The notes: generated from the letters alone by a model not told the origin. A stretch of DNA of 53,127 nucleotides from an uncultured Methanosarcinales archaeon (GCA_964416905.1 CAYQFL010000001.1:39520-92646), one strand, 5' to 3'; counted from the first letter of the stretch, positions 28,862 to 38,718 are shown. Program-made: numbers and translations.

Positions 28862-29518
28862 TTAAAGTGTTTCTTTCTCTAATCTTTCAATAGTAAATAC
28901 CTTATTTACCTCTGTGTTCACACCTTTATCTGTAATGCTCACAATTTCAATTCCATTTCCAGAAGCAATATCTCTGTTTAATGCGGCATACAATGCGTCA
29001 TACGCAAGCTTGACACCTTCGCTAACAGTAATATCCTTCTTATATCTCGCTTCAAGAACACCTAAAGCCATAACACTTCCACTGCCTGTTGAAAAGAAAT
29101 CATCTATTTTTGTTATAGAACCATCAGGGTACAAATCATACAACTCAAAACCGTTAACATCTTTTCCTCCCAAAATAAACTGAGTAATTGCAGGAATCGC
29201 AGAAAGAGACCTAATCTTATTATAAACTATTAATCCAAGAACATTAACAACTTCGCTAACAGTAGGCGCTCTATTAGTCCTAAGCTTAAATAGCTTAATC
29301 TCTGCAGAAATCAATTTGATAAACATCTGCGCATCGGATACAGAACCGGCTATGGTCAAAGCCAAAGCATCATCAATCTTGTGTATCTTCTGTGCTTTTT
29401 TATCAGCAATCAAATAACCGGAGGTTGCCCTCTTATCAGCACCTAATATAATGCCGTCTTTACACATTAAAGCAACCGTCGTTGTGCCTGTTTTAAGAAC
29501 ATTTTCTTCCTTAATCAA
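28862..29518 (-). CDS. psmB: Proteasome beta subunit
   Basis: KTG|TTTVALMCKDGIILGADKRAT, TGSGS, RDIASGNG. Likely TTG start at 29518 after GGGTG. Confidence 0.96.
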   Translation of the reverse strand: MIKEENVLKTGTTTVALMCKDGIILGADKRATSGYLIADKKAQKIHKIDDALALTIAGSVSDAQMFIKLISAEIKLFKLRTNRAPTVSEVVNVLGLIVYNKIRSLSAIPAITQFILGGKDVNGFELYDLYPDGSITKIDDFFSTGSGSVMALGVLEARYKKDITVSEGVKLAYDALYAALNRDIASGNGIEIVSITDKGVNTEVNKVFTIERLEKETL

Positions 29519-29628
29519 TTTAAAACACCCAGAACAAATTAATATTTTAAGTATCACTGCAACGGATTTAAATATTTTTCTGTTTTAGAGTCATCTCAAA
29601 TAAAAATGAGTTCTTTAACCTTAGAAAA

Positions 29629-29898
29629 TCAGCCCAGAAACGAGAAAACAATCTTTTGAAGCAAGTAAATACAAGAAAGCACTGTAAGAAATGTGCTTGA
29701 AAGACCAAAAATCATAAACACCAAATAAACTCCTACAAGCGCATCAAGAAAACTTGCAACGTCTTGAAAGATAATAAACTTCGTTATAAAAAAAGTAGCT
29801 ACGCCTATTAAGGGTCTTAGTGGTTGAATATTAAAAAAAGACAAAATCAGCATAAAAACCCCTAGCAGATCAAAAAAAGCCAAAATTTTAACTAACAT
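29629..29898 (-). CDS. Small hydrophobic membrane protein (3-4 TMs)
   Basis: 89 aa, almost entirely hydrophobic, ATG start, fills the gap between psmB and hef. Confidence 0.7.
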   Translation of the reverse strand: MLVKILAFFDLLGVFMLILSFFNIQPLRPLIGVATFFITKFIIFQDVASFLDALVGVYLVFMIFGLSSTFLTVLSCIYLLQKIVFSFLG

Positions 29899-29953
29899 GA
29901 TTTCACTACCTTAAACAAAATTTATATAAATTTCGCAAAAAGCTAACAAAACG

Positions 29954-32218
29954 ATGTACAATATTAAGTTCAAACCAAGATTATATCAAGAAACAATTTT
30001 TCATACGTGTTCGCAAAAGAATACTTTGGTAGTTCTCCCAACCGGATTGGGAAAAACAAACATCTTTGTAATGTTGGCTGTGCAGAGGTTAAACCTATAT
30101 TCAAAATCAAAAGTTGTACTTCTAGGTCCAACAAAACCTTTAGTGGACCAGTACCTAAAAGTTTTCCTAAAACACACAGACATTCCTGAAGAAAACATGA
30201 CTGTCTTGACAGGAAAAATAAGTCCTGACAAACGCGCTAAACTCTGGGAAGAAAAACAAGTAATATTTTCAACTCCGCAAGGTCTTGAGAATGATATCTT
30301 AACATCGAGAATCAGTTTAGAAAACGTTTCATTACTAGGTTTTGATGAAGCGCACAGAGCTGTCGGAGATTATTCTTACGTCTGGATTGCCAAACAGTAC
30401 AATAAAAGTTCAAGATTCTCCAGAATAATAGCAATGACTGCCAGCCCGGGCTCAGACCTTGAAAAAATACAAGAAATATGCAACAACCTATTCATTGAAG
30501 CTGTTGAAGTAAGAACTGATGAAGATCCTGATGTAAAGCCCTATGTTAAGGAAAAGAAGATAAATTGGGTCTACATAGACTTACCAGAAAATTTCGAGAA
30601 AGCCAAAACGTTTCTTGAAAAGAGTTATCTAAGCAAACTTGAAAAAGTGGCTGATTTTGGAATAATTGAGAAAGAGAAAATAAAAGATTTAAGGAAAAAA
30701 GAGCTCTTAGGTTTGCAGGCTGAGATAAGAAAACAGGTTTCTGAAGGTGATAAAGGCTTTGAAAACCTGCAAGCATTATCGCTTTTAGCTGAAGCGATGA
30801 AGGTTGAACACGCTATAGAATTACTTGAAACACAGGACATTTCATCAGTAAAAAACTATTTTGATAAACTTTACAACGAATCCTTAAAAACTAACATAAA
30901 AGCGTCCAAGAATCTATTCAAAGACCCTTACTTTAATTCAGCGCATCATCTTATTGAACTAATGTACGAAAATGGCGAAAAACATCCTAAATTAGAAAAA
31001 CTGAAAGAGTTAGTAGAAAAAATCAGAAAAAATAATCCTGATTCGAAAATCATCATCTTTTCTCAGTATAGAGATTCTGTATCTAAAATTGTTAACGAAT
31101 TAAAAGGACTCGCCAGAACACAACTGTTTGTCGGACAAGCTAAAAAGAACGGTGTTGGTTTATCCCAGAAAGAACAAAAAGAAATCATCAATAAGTTTTC
31201 CAAAGGCGAGTTTGATATTCTTGTGGCCACTTCCGTTGCAGAAGAAGGCCTGGATTTGCCTTCTGTAGATTACGTTATCTTTTATGAACCTGTGCCCAGC
31301 GCCATAAGATATATTCAACGAAAAGGGCGAACAGGTAGACAAGATTTAGGTCATGTTTACATATTTGTTGCAAGGAAAACTAGAGATGAGGCTTACAGAT
31401 GGAGCGCTTACCATAAAGAAAGAAGAATGTACAGGACGCTTGCCGAGATTAAAAAAAGCCTAAGAAAACTAGTTTTCAACAATTCACAGAAAAAAACGGA
31501 TAATAATGTTAACCTAACAAAGTTCATTCAGAAATCTTCTGAAGACAAAAATGAAGCAAAGCAAACAAATAAAATAAAGATTGTTGCAGATTATCGTGAG
31601 AAAGCCTCTCCTGTAATCAAAGAACTATTCTCTAACAATGATGTTGCTATTGAAATGACCAACTTAGATATTGGAGATTACGTTGTGTCTGAAGATGTCT
31701 GCATTGAATTCAAAACAAAAGAAGATTTCGTAAATTCGCTCATAGACGGCAGATTATTTAACCAGGCGATAAATTTAAGAAATAAATACAAAAAACCTTT
31801 GATAATTGTTCAAGGGCTAGAAGACTTGTTTTCTGTAAGGAACCTCAACGAGAATTCTATAAGGGGCTTACTTATTTCTTTAGCTGTGGACTACAAGATT
31901 CCTGTAATCTTCACTAAAAATCCTAAAGATACTGCAGCTTATCTTTTACTAATCGCCAAAAAGGAACAAATTGAGAACAAAAAAAGCATTGCTTTACATA
32001 CAAAGAAGCCGAGGACTATAAAAGAAATACAGGAATATATCGTGGCTTCGTTACCAAACATCGGCTCAATATTATCAAAGCCTTTGTTAAACCATTTCAA
32101 AACTATTAGAAATCTAGCCAATGCCAGCATAGATGAACTTCTTAAAGTAGAGAATATTGGACCGGAGAAAGCCAAAACTATCTACGATGTGTTCAACAAA
32201 AAATACAAAGAGAAATAG
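29954..32218 (+). CDS. hef: Hef helicase-nuclease (FANCM/ERCC4-like)
   Basis: LPTGLGKT, DEAH, TASPG, EEGLDLP, QRKGRTGR; nuclease ADYRE, GDY, EFKT; HhH tail. Confidence 0.95.
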   Translation: MYNIKFKPRLYQETIFHTCSQKNTLVVLPTGLGKTNIFVMLAVQRLNLYSKSKVVLLGPTKPLVDQYLKVFLKHTDIPEENMTVLTGKISPDKRAKLWEEKQVIFSTPQGLENDILTSRISLENVSLLGFDEAHRAVGDYSYVWIAKQYNKSSRFSRIIAMTASPGSDLEKIQEICNNLFIEAVEVRTDEDPDVKPYVKEKKINWVYIDLPENFEKAKTFLEKSYLSKLEKVADFGIIEKEKIKDLRKKELLGLQAEIRKQVSEGDKGFENLQALSLLAEAMKVEHAIELLETQDISSVKNYFDKLYNESLKTNIKASKNLFKDPYFNSAHHLIELMYENGEKHPKLEKLKELVEKIRKNNPDSKIIIFSQYRDSVSKIVNELKGLARTQLFVGQAKKNGVGLSQKEQKEIINKFSKGEFDILVATSVAEEGLDLPSVDYVIFYEPVPSAIRYIQRKGRTGRQDLGHVYIFVARKTRDEAYRWSAYHKERRMYRTLAEIKKSLRKLVFNNSQKKTDNNVNLTKFIQKSSEDKNEAKQTNKIKIVADYREKASPVIKELFSNNDVAIEMTNLDIGDYVVSEDVCIEFKTKEDFVNSLIDGRLFNQAINLRNKYKKPLIIVQGLEDLFSVRNLNENSIRGLLISLAVDYKIPVIFTKNPKDTAAYLLLIAKKEQIENKKSIALHTKKPRTIKEIQEYIVASLPNIGSILSKPLLNHFKTIRNLANASIDELLKVENIGPEKAKTIYDVFNKKYKEK

Positions 32219-32244
32219 TAAAAACAAAAAATAGCGTTAAAAAC

Positions 32245-32418
32245 TTACTTCTTAAACTCTGTGTAACCGCATTTACCGCAAGAGAACCTATTCTTATGCT
32301 CAGCCAAGAACACTCCTGGACCGCACTTAGGACAGGTCTTCTTCTTTAGCTTACCGTTTTCATAAAAAGTATAAGCCTTAGGAGTCACGTTTGGTTTCTT
32401 GTTCTTTTTCTTTGCCAT
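32245..32418 (-). CDS. rps27ae: 30S ribosomal protein S27ae (eS31), absent from the ORF track
   Basis: Manual translation: [57 protein letters not shown]. Confidence 0.97.
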   Translation of the reverse strand: MAKKKNKKPNVTPKAYTFYENGKLKKKTCPKCGPGVFLAEHKNRFSCGKCGYTEFKK

Positions 32419-32419
32419 T

Positions 32420-32719
32420 TTAACCCTCTTCCTCCGTTGATGGTTTAGTATCTCTCTTCAAAAGATGTTCCTTAGCCAAAGCTTTAAACGCATCTTCATC
32501 GTCATAAACATAAAATGAAACCTTAGCAGAACTCTCTCCAAAAGAATTCGCTATCTTTAAGATAACCATTAAGTTTTGATCAAATCCAAACTTCTCAGCT
32601 AACTGTTGCTTAAGCTCTTCTCTAGAAGGAGTAACACCTTCAAAAATAACCTTCGCTACAAAAAACTTTCTTTTATAAACACTCTCAGGTTTCTCTTCAA
32701 GAATCTTTATGTCTTTCAT
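32420..32719 (-). CDS. rps24e: 30S ribosomal protein S24e
   Basis: [26 protein letters not shown]; located between spt4 and rps27ae. Confidence 0.9.
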   Translation of the reverse strand: MKDIKILEEKPESVYKRKFFVAKVIFEGVTPSREELKQQLAEKFGFDQNLMVILKIANSFGESSAKVSFYVYDDEDAFKALAKEHLLKRDTKPSTEEEG

Positions 32720-32905
32720 TTATCTCACCTTCAAAGCGTACTCTCCCGGTACACTTATTTCCAGCTCTTTTCCAATCTTTGAGCGATTAACATCAATAAT
32801 TGAGACTAATCCATAATATGTTTCAGTGAAAGCGTTCCCTCCACAGATTGGACATGAATTTCCAACTACAAGCAATTTGCATTTTTTACAAAATTTCTTT
32901 TTCAT
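32720..32905 (-). CDS. spt4: Transcription elongation factor Spt4 (RpoE'')
   Basis: CKKC...CPICG, SKIGKELEISVPGEYALKVR. Confidence 0.95.
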   Translation of the reverse strand: MKKKFCKKCKLLVVGNSCPICGGNAFTETYYGLVSIIDVNRSKIGKELEISVPGEYALKVR

Positions 32906-33447
32906 TGTTTACCCTCTTCCTGAGAATATATCCAATCAAGCCTTCCAAGATAAGGCTGCCTCATGGTTAATCCAATCTTTATATTCTCAATATCCCTAAA
33001 GCTAATTGCAATAATTCTAGCTTTGCATATGTCACCTACGCTAAGAGTCCTCTTGGTTTCTTTACCTTGTAATACGCCATCTTTAGAAAATGAAACAAAG
33101 TCGTCCATTGCTTGCGAAATATGAATCATTCCGTCAATCGGACCAATATCTAAAAATACGCCAAACTCTTCAACTTTCCTAACAACACCCATTAAAACTT
33201 CCTTCATCTTTGGAACGAAAGTGAAAAGCTCAAAAGTTACTTTGTGATAAGTGCCGCCATCTTCAGGTAAAATCTTGCCTTCACTGATCTCAAGCAAATC
33301 GCCGACAGCAATCACTATACCAAGGTCTTGAGAAACATAACCCACATACTTGTTATTCAATTCTTTAACCGCGCTCTCTTCAAGCGGATAACCAAACAAA
33401 GACGGGTCAATACGAATAACATCCTTTAAAACCATCTTATAAAACAT
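32902..33447 (-). CDS. rpo7: RNA polymerase subunit Rpo7 (E')
   Basis: EDGGTYHKVTF, FGVFLDIGPIDGMIHISQ, KIGLTMRQPYLGRLDW. Confidence 0.97.
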   Translation of the reverse strand: MFYKMVLKDVIRIDPSLFGYPLEESAVKELNNKYVGYVSQDLGIVIAVGDLLEISEGKILPEDGGTYHKVTFELFTFVPKMKEVLMGVVRKVEEFGVFLDIGPIDGMIHISQAMDDFVSFSKDGVLQGKETKRTLSVGDICKARIIAISFRDIENIKIGLTMRQPYLGRLDWIYSQEEGKQ

Positions 33448-33569
33448 TTAGTTCACCTTTTTTGTTCACTCTGAAAACCACAACCCAAAAAAGTATGGTT
33501 ACTAATTTATTTTTAAGGGTTGTTATTTTATTTTTAAAAGCCTATCTCTAAAATCATCAAAACTAAAAA

Positions 33570-33992
33570 TTAAAGCACAATTAGCCTATTGCTCCTCAAA
33601 GTAACAACAGGAACGCCGTTTTTAGTCAAATTATCTATCAACTCTTGGTCTAATGTTCCCACAGCAAAGCCGTGTTCTTTCGCAACCTTGAGAATCACTT
33701 CATCACAATAACCGCTTTTACAATTGGAGCTCCAATCTAAAGTATTATCAAGGTCGTGGTAATGATGTTCATTTATAACTTTTTTGTTTTTAAATTCAAC
33801 AATTTTAGGGTCTAAGGAAAGCAATATTTTTCGCGCAAAAAGCTTCTCAGATTCCGTTCTATTAAACAATTCAAACAGACATTCTTTAGGAACAACGAAG
33901 TTTATGAAGCCCAACCTCATAAGTTCGTGCTCTAAATTAAACGAATACCTCATAGGTGCTAAGATAAAATTGGCATCCAAAATTAAATCCAT
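33570..33992 (-). CDS. PIN-domain protein (Fcf1/Utp24-like)
   Basis: LILDANF, VPKECLFEL, DEVIL, VGTLDQEL, VTLRSNRL; usual position upstream of rpo7. Confidence 0.8.
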   Translation of the reverse strand: MDLILDANFILAPMRYSFNLEHELMRLGFINFVVPKECLFELFNRTESEKLFARKILLSLDPKIVEFKNKKVINEHHYHDLDNTLDWSSNCKSGYCDEVILKVAKEHGFAVGTLDQELIDNLTKNGVPVVTLRSNRLIVL

Positions 33993-34048
33993 TTCTTTTT
34001 TAATGAAAATCACAATATTTAAAAATTATCCTATCTTCAATTCTAAGT

Positions 34049-35026
34049 ATGAATTCTACAGAATCACAGGAACACGCTGTATGGACTGAAAAGTACAGAC
34101 CAAAAGATTTCGATGAAATTATCGGACAGGAGGAAATAGTAAAACGAGTTAAGGCGTTCGTGGAAAAAAAGAATCTGCCAAACTTGCTATTTTCAGGTCC
34201 GCCGGGCATAGGAAAAACAACCATGGCTTTGGTCATAGCCAGAAAGCTTTATGGCGATGCTTGGAAAGAAAATCTTCTAGAGTTAAATGCTTCTGATGAA
34301 CGTGGCATTGATGTAATCAGGGTAAAGGTTAAAGATTTCGCAAGAACTAAAGCTTTAAGCGATGTTCCGTTTAAATTAGTTTACTTAGACGAAAGTGACG
34401 CATTAACAAAAGAAGCTCAGCAAGCTTTAAGAAGAGTAATGGAAGATTTCACAAAAACCTGCAGATTCATCTTATCCTGCAATTATTCATCTAAAATAAT
34501 TGAACCAATACAATCAAGAACTGTTTTCTTCAGATTCAAACCATTAAAAAAAGAAGATATCTTTAAACTGATTGACAAAATCGCCAAGAGCGAAGGATTA
34601 ACAGTAACTGAAGATGGAAAGGAAGCGCTTTATGAAGTAAGCGAAGGCGACTGCAGGAAGCTTGAAAATATCATGCAAGCCTGTTCAGTCATATCAAACA
34701 AAATTGATGAAGACACTGTTAACAAGATAACAGCTAACATAAGCAAAACTGACATCAAGAAAATCTTTGATTTAATCCAGAGAAGAGACATACTTAACGC
34801 CAGAAAAGAACTAATTCGAACTTTGCTTGAGAATGGTTTATCTGGCCAAGACCTTATAAAAGAGATTTACAGATACATAACTAATTTAGATTTGGATGAT
34901 ATCAAGAAACTAAAATGTATTGAGGCTTGTGGCGAGATTGAGTTTAGATTAACTGAAGGCTCAGACACAATCATCCAATTAGAAGCGTTATTAGCCAGAA
35001 TTGCCAGAATCATCCTTGAAGAATAA
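34049..35026 (+). CDS. rfcS: Replication factor C small subunit
   Basis: WTEKYRP, GPPGIGKTT, ELNASDERGIDVIR, LDESD, IIEPIQSR. No intein. Confidence 0.97.
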   Translation: MNSTESQEHAVWTEKYRPKDFDEIIGQEEIVKRVKAFVEKKNLPNLLFSGPPGIGKTTMALVIARKLYGDAWKENLLELNASDERGIDVIRVKVKDFARTKALSDVPFKLVYLDESDALTKEAQQALRRVMEDFTKTCRFILSCNYSSKIIEPIQSRTVFFRFKPLKKEDIFKLIDKIAKSEGLTVTEDGKEALYEVSEGDCRKLENIMQACSVISNKIDEDTVNKITANISKTDIKKIFDLIQRRDILNARKELIRTLLENGLSGQDLIKEIYRYITNLDLDDIKKLKCIEACGEIEFRLTEGSDTIIQLEALLARIARIILEE

Positions 35027-35047
35027 ATCATAAAAGATAAAACAACC

Positions 35048-35287
35048 ATGGCAACAAATGATGATCTAAAAGATAAGGTAATTGAAGAATTAAGAAGGTA
35101 TTCTTTAGAGTTAGAAAAAACACTAAAAGAAAAAGAAATCGAGATTTCTCTGCTTAAAGAAAAGTTAACGCAAATTAGCCTTGAGTTGGAAAAACTAAAC
35201 AAACAAGAAACCACTCAAAACAAACTAAGAGAACAGAACGATAACAAAAAATCAAAACTTTTCAATTGGTTTAAAAGAAAGAAGTAG
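35048..35287 (+). CDS. Small coiled-coil protein with basic amphipathic C-terminus
   Basis: 79 aa leucine heptads, ends KKSKLFNWFKRKK; downstream of rfcS. Confidence 0.7.
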   Translation: MATNDDLKDKVIEELRRYSLELEKTLKEKEIEISLLKEKLTQISLELEKLNKQETTQNKLREQNDNKKSKLFNWFKRKK

Positions 35288-35297
35288 AAAACAAAAT

Positions 35298-36284
35298 TTA
35301 ACCTGTTTCTACGTGCTTAATTGCTACCTCTTTGATTAATTGTTCTTTATACTGATAATAAACATCTATGTTCAATGGTTTTACATAATTTCCTTTGAGC
35401 GTATAACTTATTGGTATCTCACAAGTCACTAGGGCAGTTGTTTTATCATAGAGCTTGACAAATCCACTTTTACCATTCAAAGGATTACATCTAATAGTTC
35501 CCCACTGATTTTCCGGATCAACTTTTACATAAACGTAATCAACCTTATCAAAATCTATATCTGCTGCATCGCAGTTTGATGAAGAGAACCTATCATTATT
35601 GGGTCTAATCAATGTACCTTTGCCATTAAAGGTTATCTCAAACTCAACCCTGATTTTATCCTTTGTTGCAGATTCTGTAACTTTTGAAACCTTAACAGGA
35701 GATGACGAGGCAAATACTTGCTTCTCAGCGTTTACCTCACAAACATCATTAGATGATGGTCTCAACAGATTCTCAGTAACACACAATAAAGTTGTCGCAC
35801 TGCTCTTATAAAGATAACAAACATCAACTCCTATAGGTAATTTCAACTCTCCACTTCCGCTAATAGAACTTTTATAAGCTAAATTTCCTGTTCTTGGCAA
35901 AGTAACATATGTTTCGCCACCAGGCCTAACTGTACCATCTTGAGATTTTGATTTAGGTTCTAAATCTGTATCCAAGCTATTAACAGTCAAAGCTGAGGCT
36001 GTTGAACCAAAATCTGAAGGTGAAAAACCTGTTGCTTTTATTATAATATTATTTTTAGCAACCTTAAATTCACCGTCATTTTTAACCTTGAGAACTATAT
36101 TAAAAGGCCTGTTTCCATTATCATAAATCTCATCCGGCGGATTGTTAGGCATAAACTCTATTTTTAAACCATTGTCTCCTCCAATGTATGGCGAAGAGAA
36201 AGTTGTAGAGCCATTATCTGAGCTACAACTAGTCATAAAAAACAGAACCGCAAACGCTAAAATGAAATATATCGCTTTTTTCAT
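35298..36284 (-). CDS. Predicted lipoprotein, beta-rich with paired Cys
   Basis: AGGAGG RBS, signal peptide with FMTSC lipobox-like motif, YIGGDNGLKIEFMPNNPPDEIYD. Confidence 0.8.
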   Translation of the reverse strand: MKKAIYFILAFAVLFFMTSCSSDNGSTTFSSPYIGGDNGLKIEFMPNNPPDEIYDNGNRPFNIVLKVKNDGEFKVAKNNIIIKATGFSPSDFGSTASALTVNSLDTDLEPKSKSQDGTVRPGGETYVTLPRTGNLAYKSSISGSGELKLPIGVDVCYLYKSSATTLLCVTENLLRPSSNDVCEVNAEKQVFASSSPVKVSKVTESATKDKIRVEFEITFNGKGTLIRPNNDRFSSSNCDAADIDFDKVDYVYVKVDPENQWGTIRCNPLNGKSGFVKLYDKTTALVTCEIPISYTLKGNYVKPLNIDVYYQYKEQLIKEVAIKHVETG

Positions 36285-36532
36285 AAAACATCTCCTCCTT
36301 TAACGAATTTTGAGCAAAACCAAAAGCATAAAAATAAAAACAAAGCCTATCTAAGCTAAAACACTCTCTACCTCTCAAAACACATATATAAATCTTTCTT
36401 TTTAAAAGTTTAGCAACTGCTTAAAAGTGTTGACTGTCCTCTAGTCTCTAAAGTATTGTGTACGCATCGTAATTAATAAAAAACAGCAAAACAAATAATT
36501 TTAAATATTCATAACATCTCAAATTAGGCAAA

Positions 36533-37165
36533 ATGGTGTATGATGAAAATATCGAAAAAGACCAAGAAAGGCTCATTTTTAGGAAAGAACTAGATCAATA
36601 CTTAAGTCAAAGAAGGCAGATAATCAAAAAAGGAAAGAGAGCGGAGCCAAAAGAAATGCAAAACAAAGATTCAAAGAAAGTGACTCTTGAAATCTACGAC
36701 GAAATGGAAGATGATAATAAGCCAATTTCATTCATTATGCGAATCAAGTCCTTATTCTTACGAAGAAAAAACGAAACTGTGAGTGAAGAGTATGTTGAAG
36801 AAGAAGTAATTGACGAAGAGCCTATTGAATCAGAAGAAGAGAGTTTTAATGAAGAATTTGAAGAGTTAGAGGACGAAAGAAGTTCTTCAGGATTCTTCTC
36901 AAGAATTTGGGAAGCAATCAAAGGGATTTTTGTAAAAGAGGACTATGACGAAGAAATTGATGAAAGTGAGGAAAAAGAGTCAAAACCAGAGGTTAGCGTT
37001 GAGGAATTAGAAAACGATTTAAAGACAACTTTCAAGCTTGTGAAAGCAATACTCACAAATATTCCCTCAAGATACGTCTTAAAGATTAAGGAACTACCAG
37101 AGTTTAAAGAGTATAAAGAAGTTATCAACAGATACAACGAGAGACACAAGAAAATCAAACAATAA
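36533..37165 (+). CDS. Hypothetical protein with highly acidic tracts and amphipathic segments
   Basis: 210 aa ORF with Glu/Asp runs flanking SFIMRIKSLF and GFFSRIWEAIKGIF. Confidence 0.75.
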   Translation: MVYDENIEKDQERLIFRKELDQYLSQRRQIIKKGKRAEPKEMQNKDSKKVTLEIYDEMEDDNKPISFIMRIKSLFLRRKNETVSEEYVEEEVIDEEPIESEEESFNEEFEELEDERSSSGFFSRIWEAIKGIFVKEDYDEEIDESEEKESKPEVSVEELENDLKTTFKLVKAILTNIPSRYVLKIKELPEFKEYKEVINRYNERHKKIKQ

Positions 37166-37202
37166 ATTCTTTTCTTGATTTTTCATACTCATTAGTTAAA
37201 AA

Positions 37203-37766
37203 ATGAAAAAATGCGATTTCTGTAGGAAAAGAGAAGCAATTATAAAACTGCCTTTTAATCCAGGTTTTTTTTGTAAGGATTGTTTTACAACATTCTTGGA
37301 AAAAAAGATATTAAAAAACATCAGAAAAGGCAAACTGTTAAAAGCGTCCGTCATAAAAGTTTATGAAGAAGACAGAATAGAAAAAAAGGTCTTAATCCAT
37401 ATCCTCAAAAAATACTTTTCTAAATCAAATAAATTAATCTTTGTTGATTCAAAGTCAAAAGAGAATATATCTGCAATCACTGTTGAAGAAGGTGCAATCA
37501 AATTCTTAGAAAGCATGTTGAAAGATAAAGAATTATTCTTTCCACCAGAAAGAAACCTGTTGGATGACGTTTCAATATTTGAACTGGAAGAGTACGCTAA
37601 AATAGAAAACATTCCGTTCAAAGAACCGGATTTTGGACAGATTTATCAAAAGCTTAAAGAAATCTACTTAAAAAGGCCATCAATTTTCTTTTCAACATAT
37701 CAAAGTGCAAAAAAAATACAAAAAAGAATCGGCAGACAACAATCCAATCAAAAACAGGATTGTTGA
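37203..37766 (+). CDS. Degenerate TtuA/Ncs6(Ctu1)-like protein lacking the PP-loop
   Basis: N-terminal CDFC...FCKDCF..LEKKILKNIRK zinc finger as in TtuA/Ncs6. No SGGKDS and no Fe-S Cys motifs. Confidence 0.65.
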   Translation: MKKCDFCRKREAIIKLPFNPGFFCKDCFTTFLEKKILKNIRKGKLLKASVIKVYEEDRIEKKVLIHILKKYFSKSNKLIFVDSKSKENISAITVEEGAIKFLESMLKDKELFFPPERNLLDDVSIFELEEYAKIENIPFKEPDFGQIYQKLKEIYLKRPSIFFSTYQSAKKIQKRIGRQQSNQKQDC

Positions 37767-38718
37767 AGGTCTAACGATAACAATAGTTCTTTTTCTCATA
37801 ATTAAGCATTACAATGTTTTAGAAATCGTCCCAGCTTACTATCAAGATGAGGTTACAGATTACTTTATTGGGTTCTGTCCTGGATGTAAAACTGAATTTC
37901 TAACAATCTTAAATCAATCTAAAGAAGTAAAGTGCGCATTTTATTCCTTAAATGACCCAGATGTTATTAAGGTATTATATTCAAAAAATGGAGAAGTAAA
38001 AGTATTCCATTCAAATTTCAAAAGCATGTTGGATTTAGTAAAGAACCTTAACGAATCAAACACAACAGTAAAGTATATTCCAGTTTATTCTTATGGTTTG
38101 ATGCACCATAAATTCTGTATATTAGATAATAGATATATCATCTTGGGCTCACTCAACCCAACACAAACAGGATTCGAACAAAGCAATGATTTTTTAGTTA
38201 TTCCGTCTGAAAGACTCGTAAAAGAATTAAACAAAGAATACTTGTATTTAGGTAACACTTTTTACAGACAGGATTATGTAAACAAATTAATAGCGTTGTT
38301 ATATTTTAAACGTAAAGAGCTTCTTATCTGCAGAAAAGATTTGTGTAAAGAGAGGTTAATGTATGAGATTAGTAACGCTAAAGACCGAATCTGGTTTGCC
38401 CAATTCTTAATAACAGACAATGATGTTGCTGAACTTTTGATTGAAAAATCTCAAACTTTAGATGTTAAAGGAATCATCAATAAAGAAAATATTAATCTAA
38501 AAGGAAGCGATTATTATAAGATTAAAAACTTTACAAAACCCTGTAAAGATATCCACCTAAAAATCTGGATCATCGACAACAAAACAATAACTGGTTCTTT
38601 AAACCCTTCAGAGAATGGTTTTACTAAGAACGATGAACTCATGTTTATAATTAAAAACAAAGAAGCTGTTAACGAATACACTTCACAGTTTATTGAATTG
38701 TTCAACAAAATCTGTTAA
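37705..38718 (+). CDS. Membrane-anchored phospholipase D superfamily protein with two HKD motifs
   Basis: HHKFCILD...GSLN (38104) and HLKIWIID...GSLN (38554); N-terminal TM. Start codon uncertain (GTG overlapping the upstream gene). Confidence 0.85.
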   Translation: MQKKYKKESADNNPIKNRIVEGLTITIVLFLIIKHYNVLEIVPAYYQDEVTDYFIGFCPGCKTEFLTILNQSKEVKCAFYSLNDPDVIKVLYSKNGEVKVFHSNFKSMLDLVKNLNESNTTVKYIPVYSYGLMHHKFCILDNRYIILGSLNPTQTGFEQSNDFLVIPSERLVKELNKEYLYLGNTFYRQDYVNKLIALLYFKRKELLICRKDLCKERLMYEISNAKDRIWFAQFLITDNDVAELLIEKSQTLDVKGIINKENINLKGSDYYKIKNFTKPCKDIHLKIWIIDNKTITGSLNPSENGFTKNDELMFIIKNKEAVNEYTSQFIELFNKIC

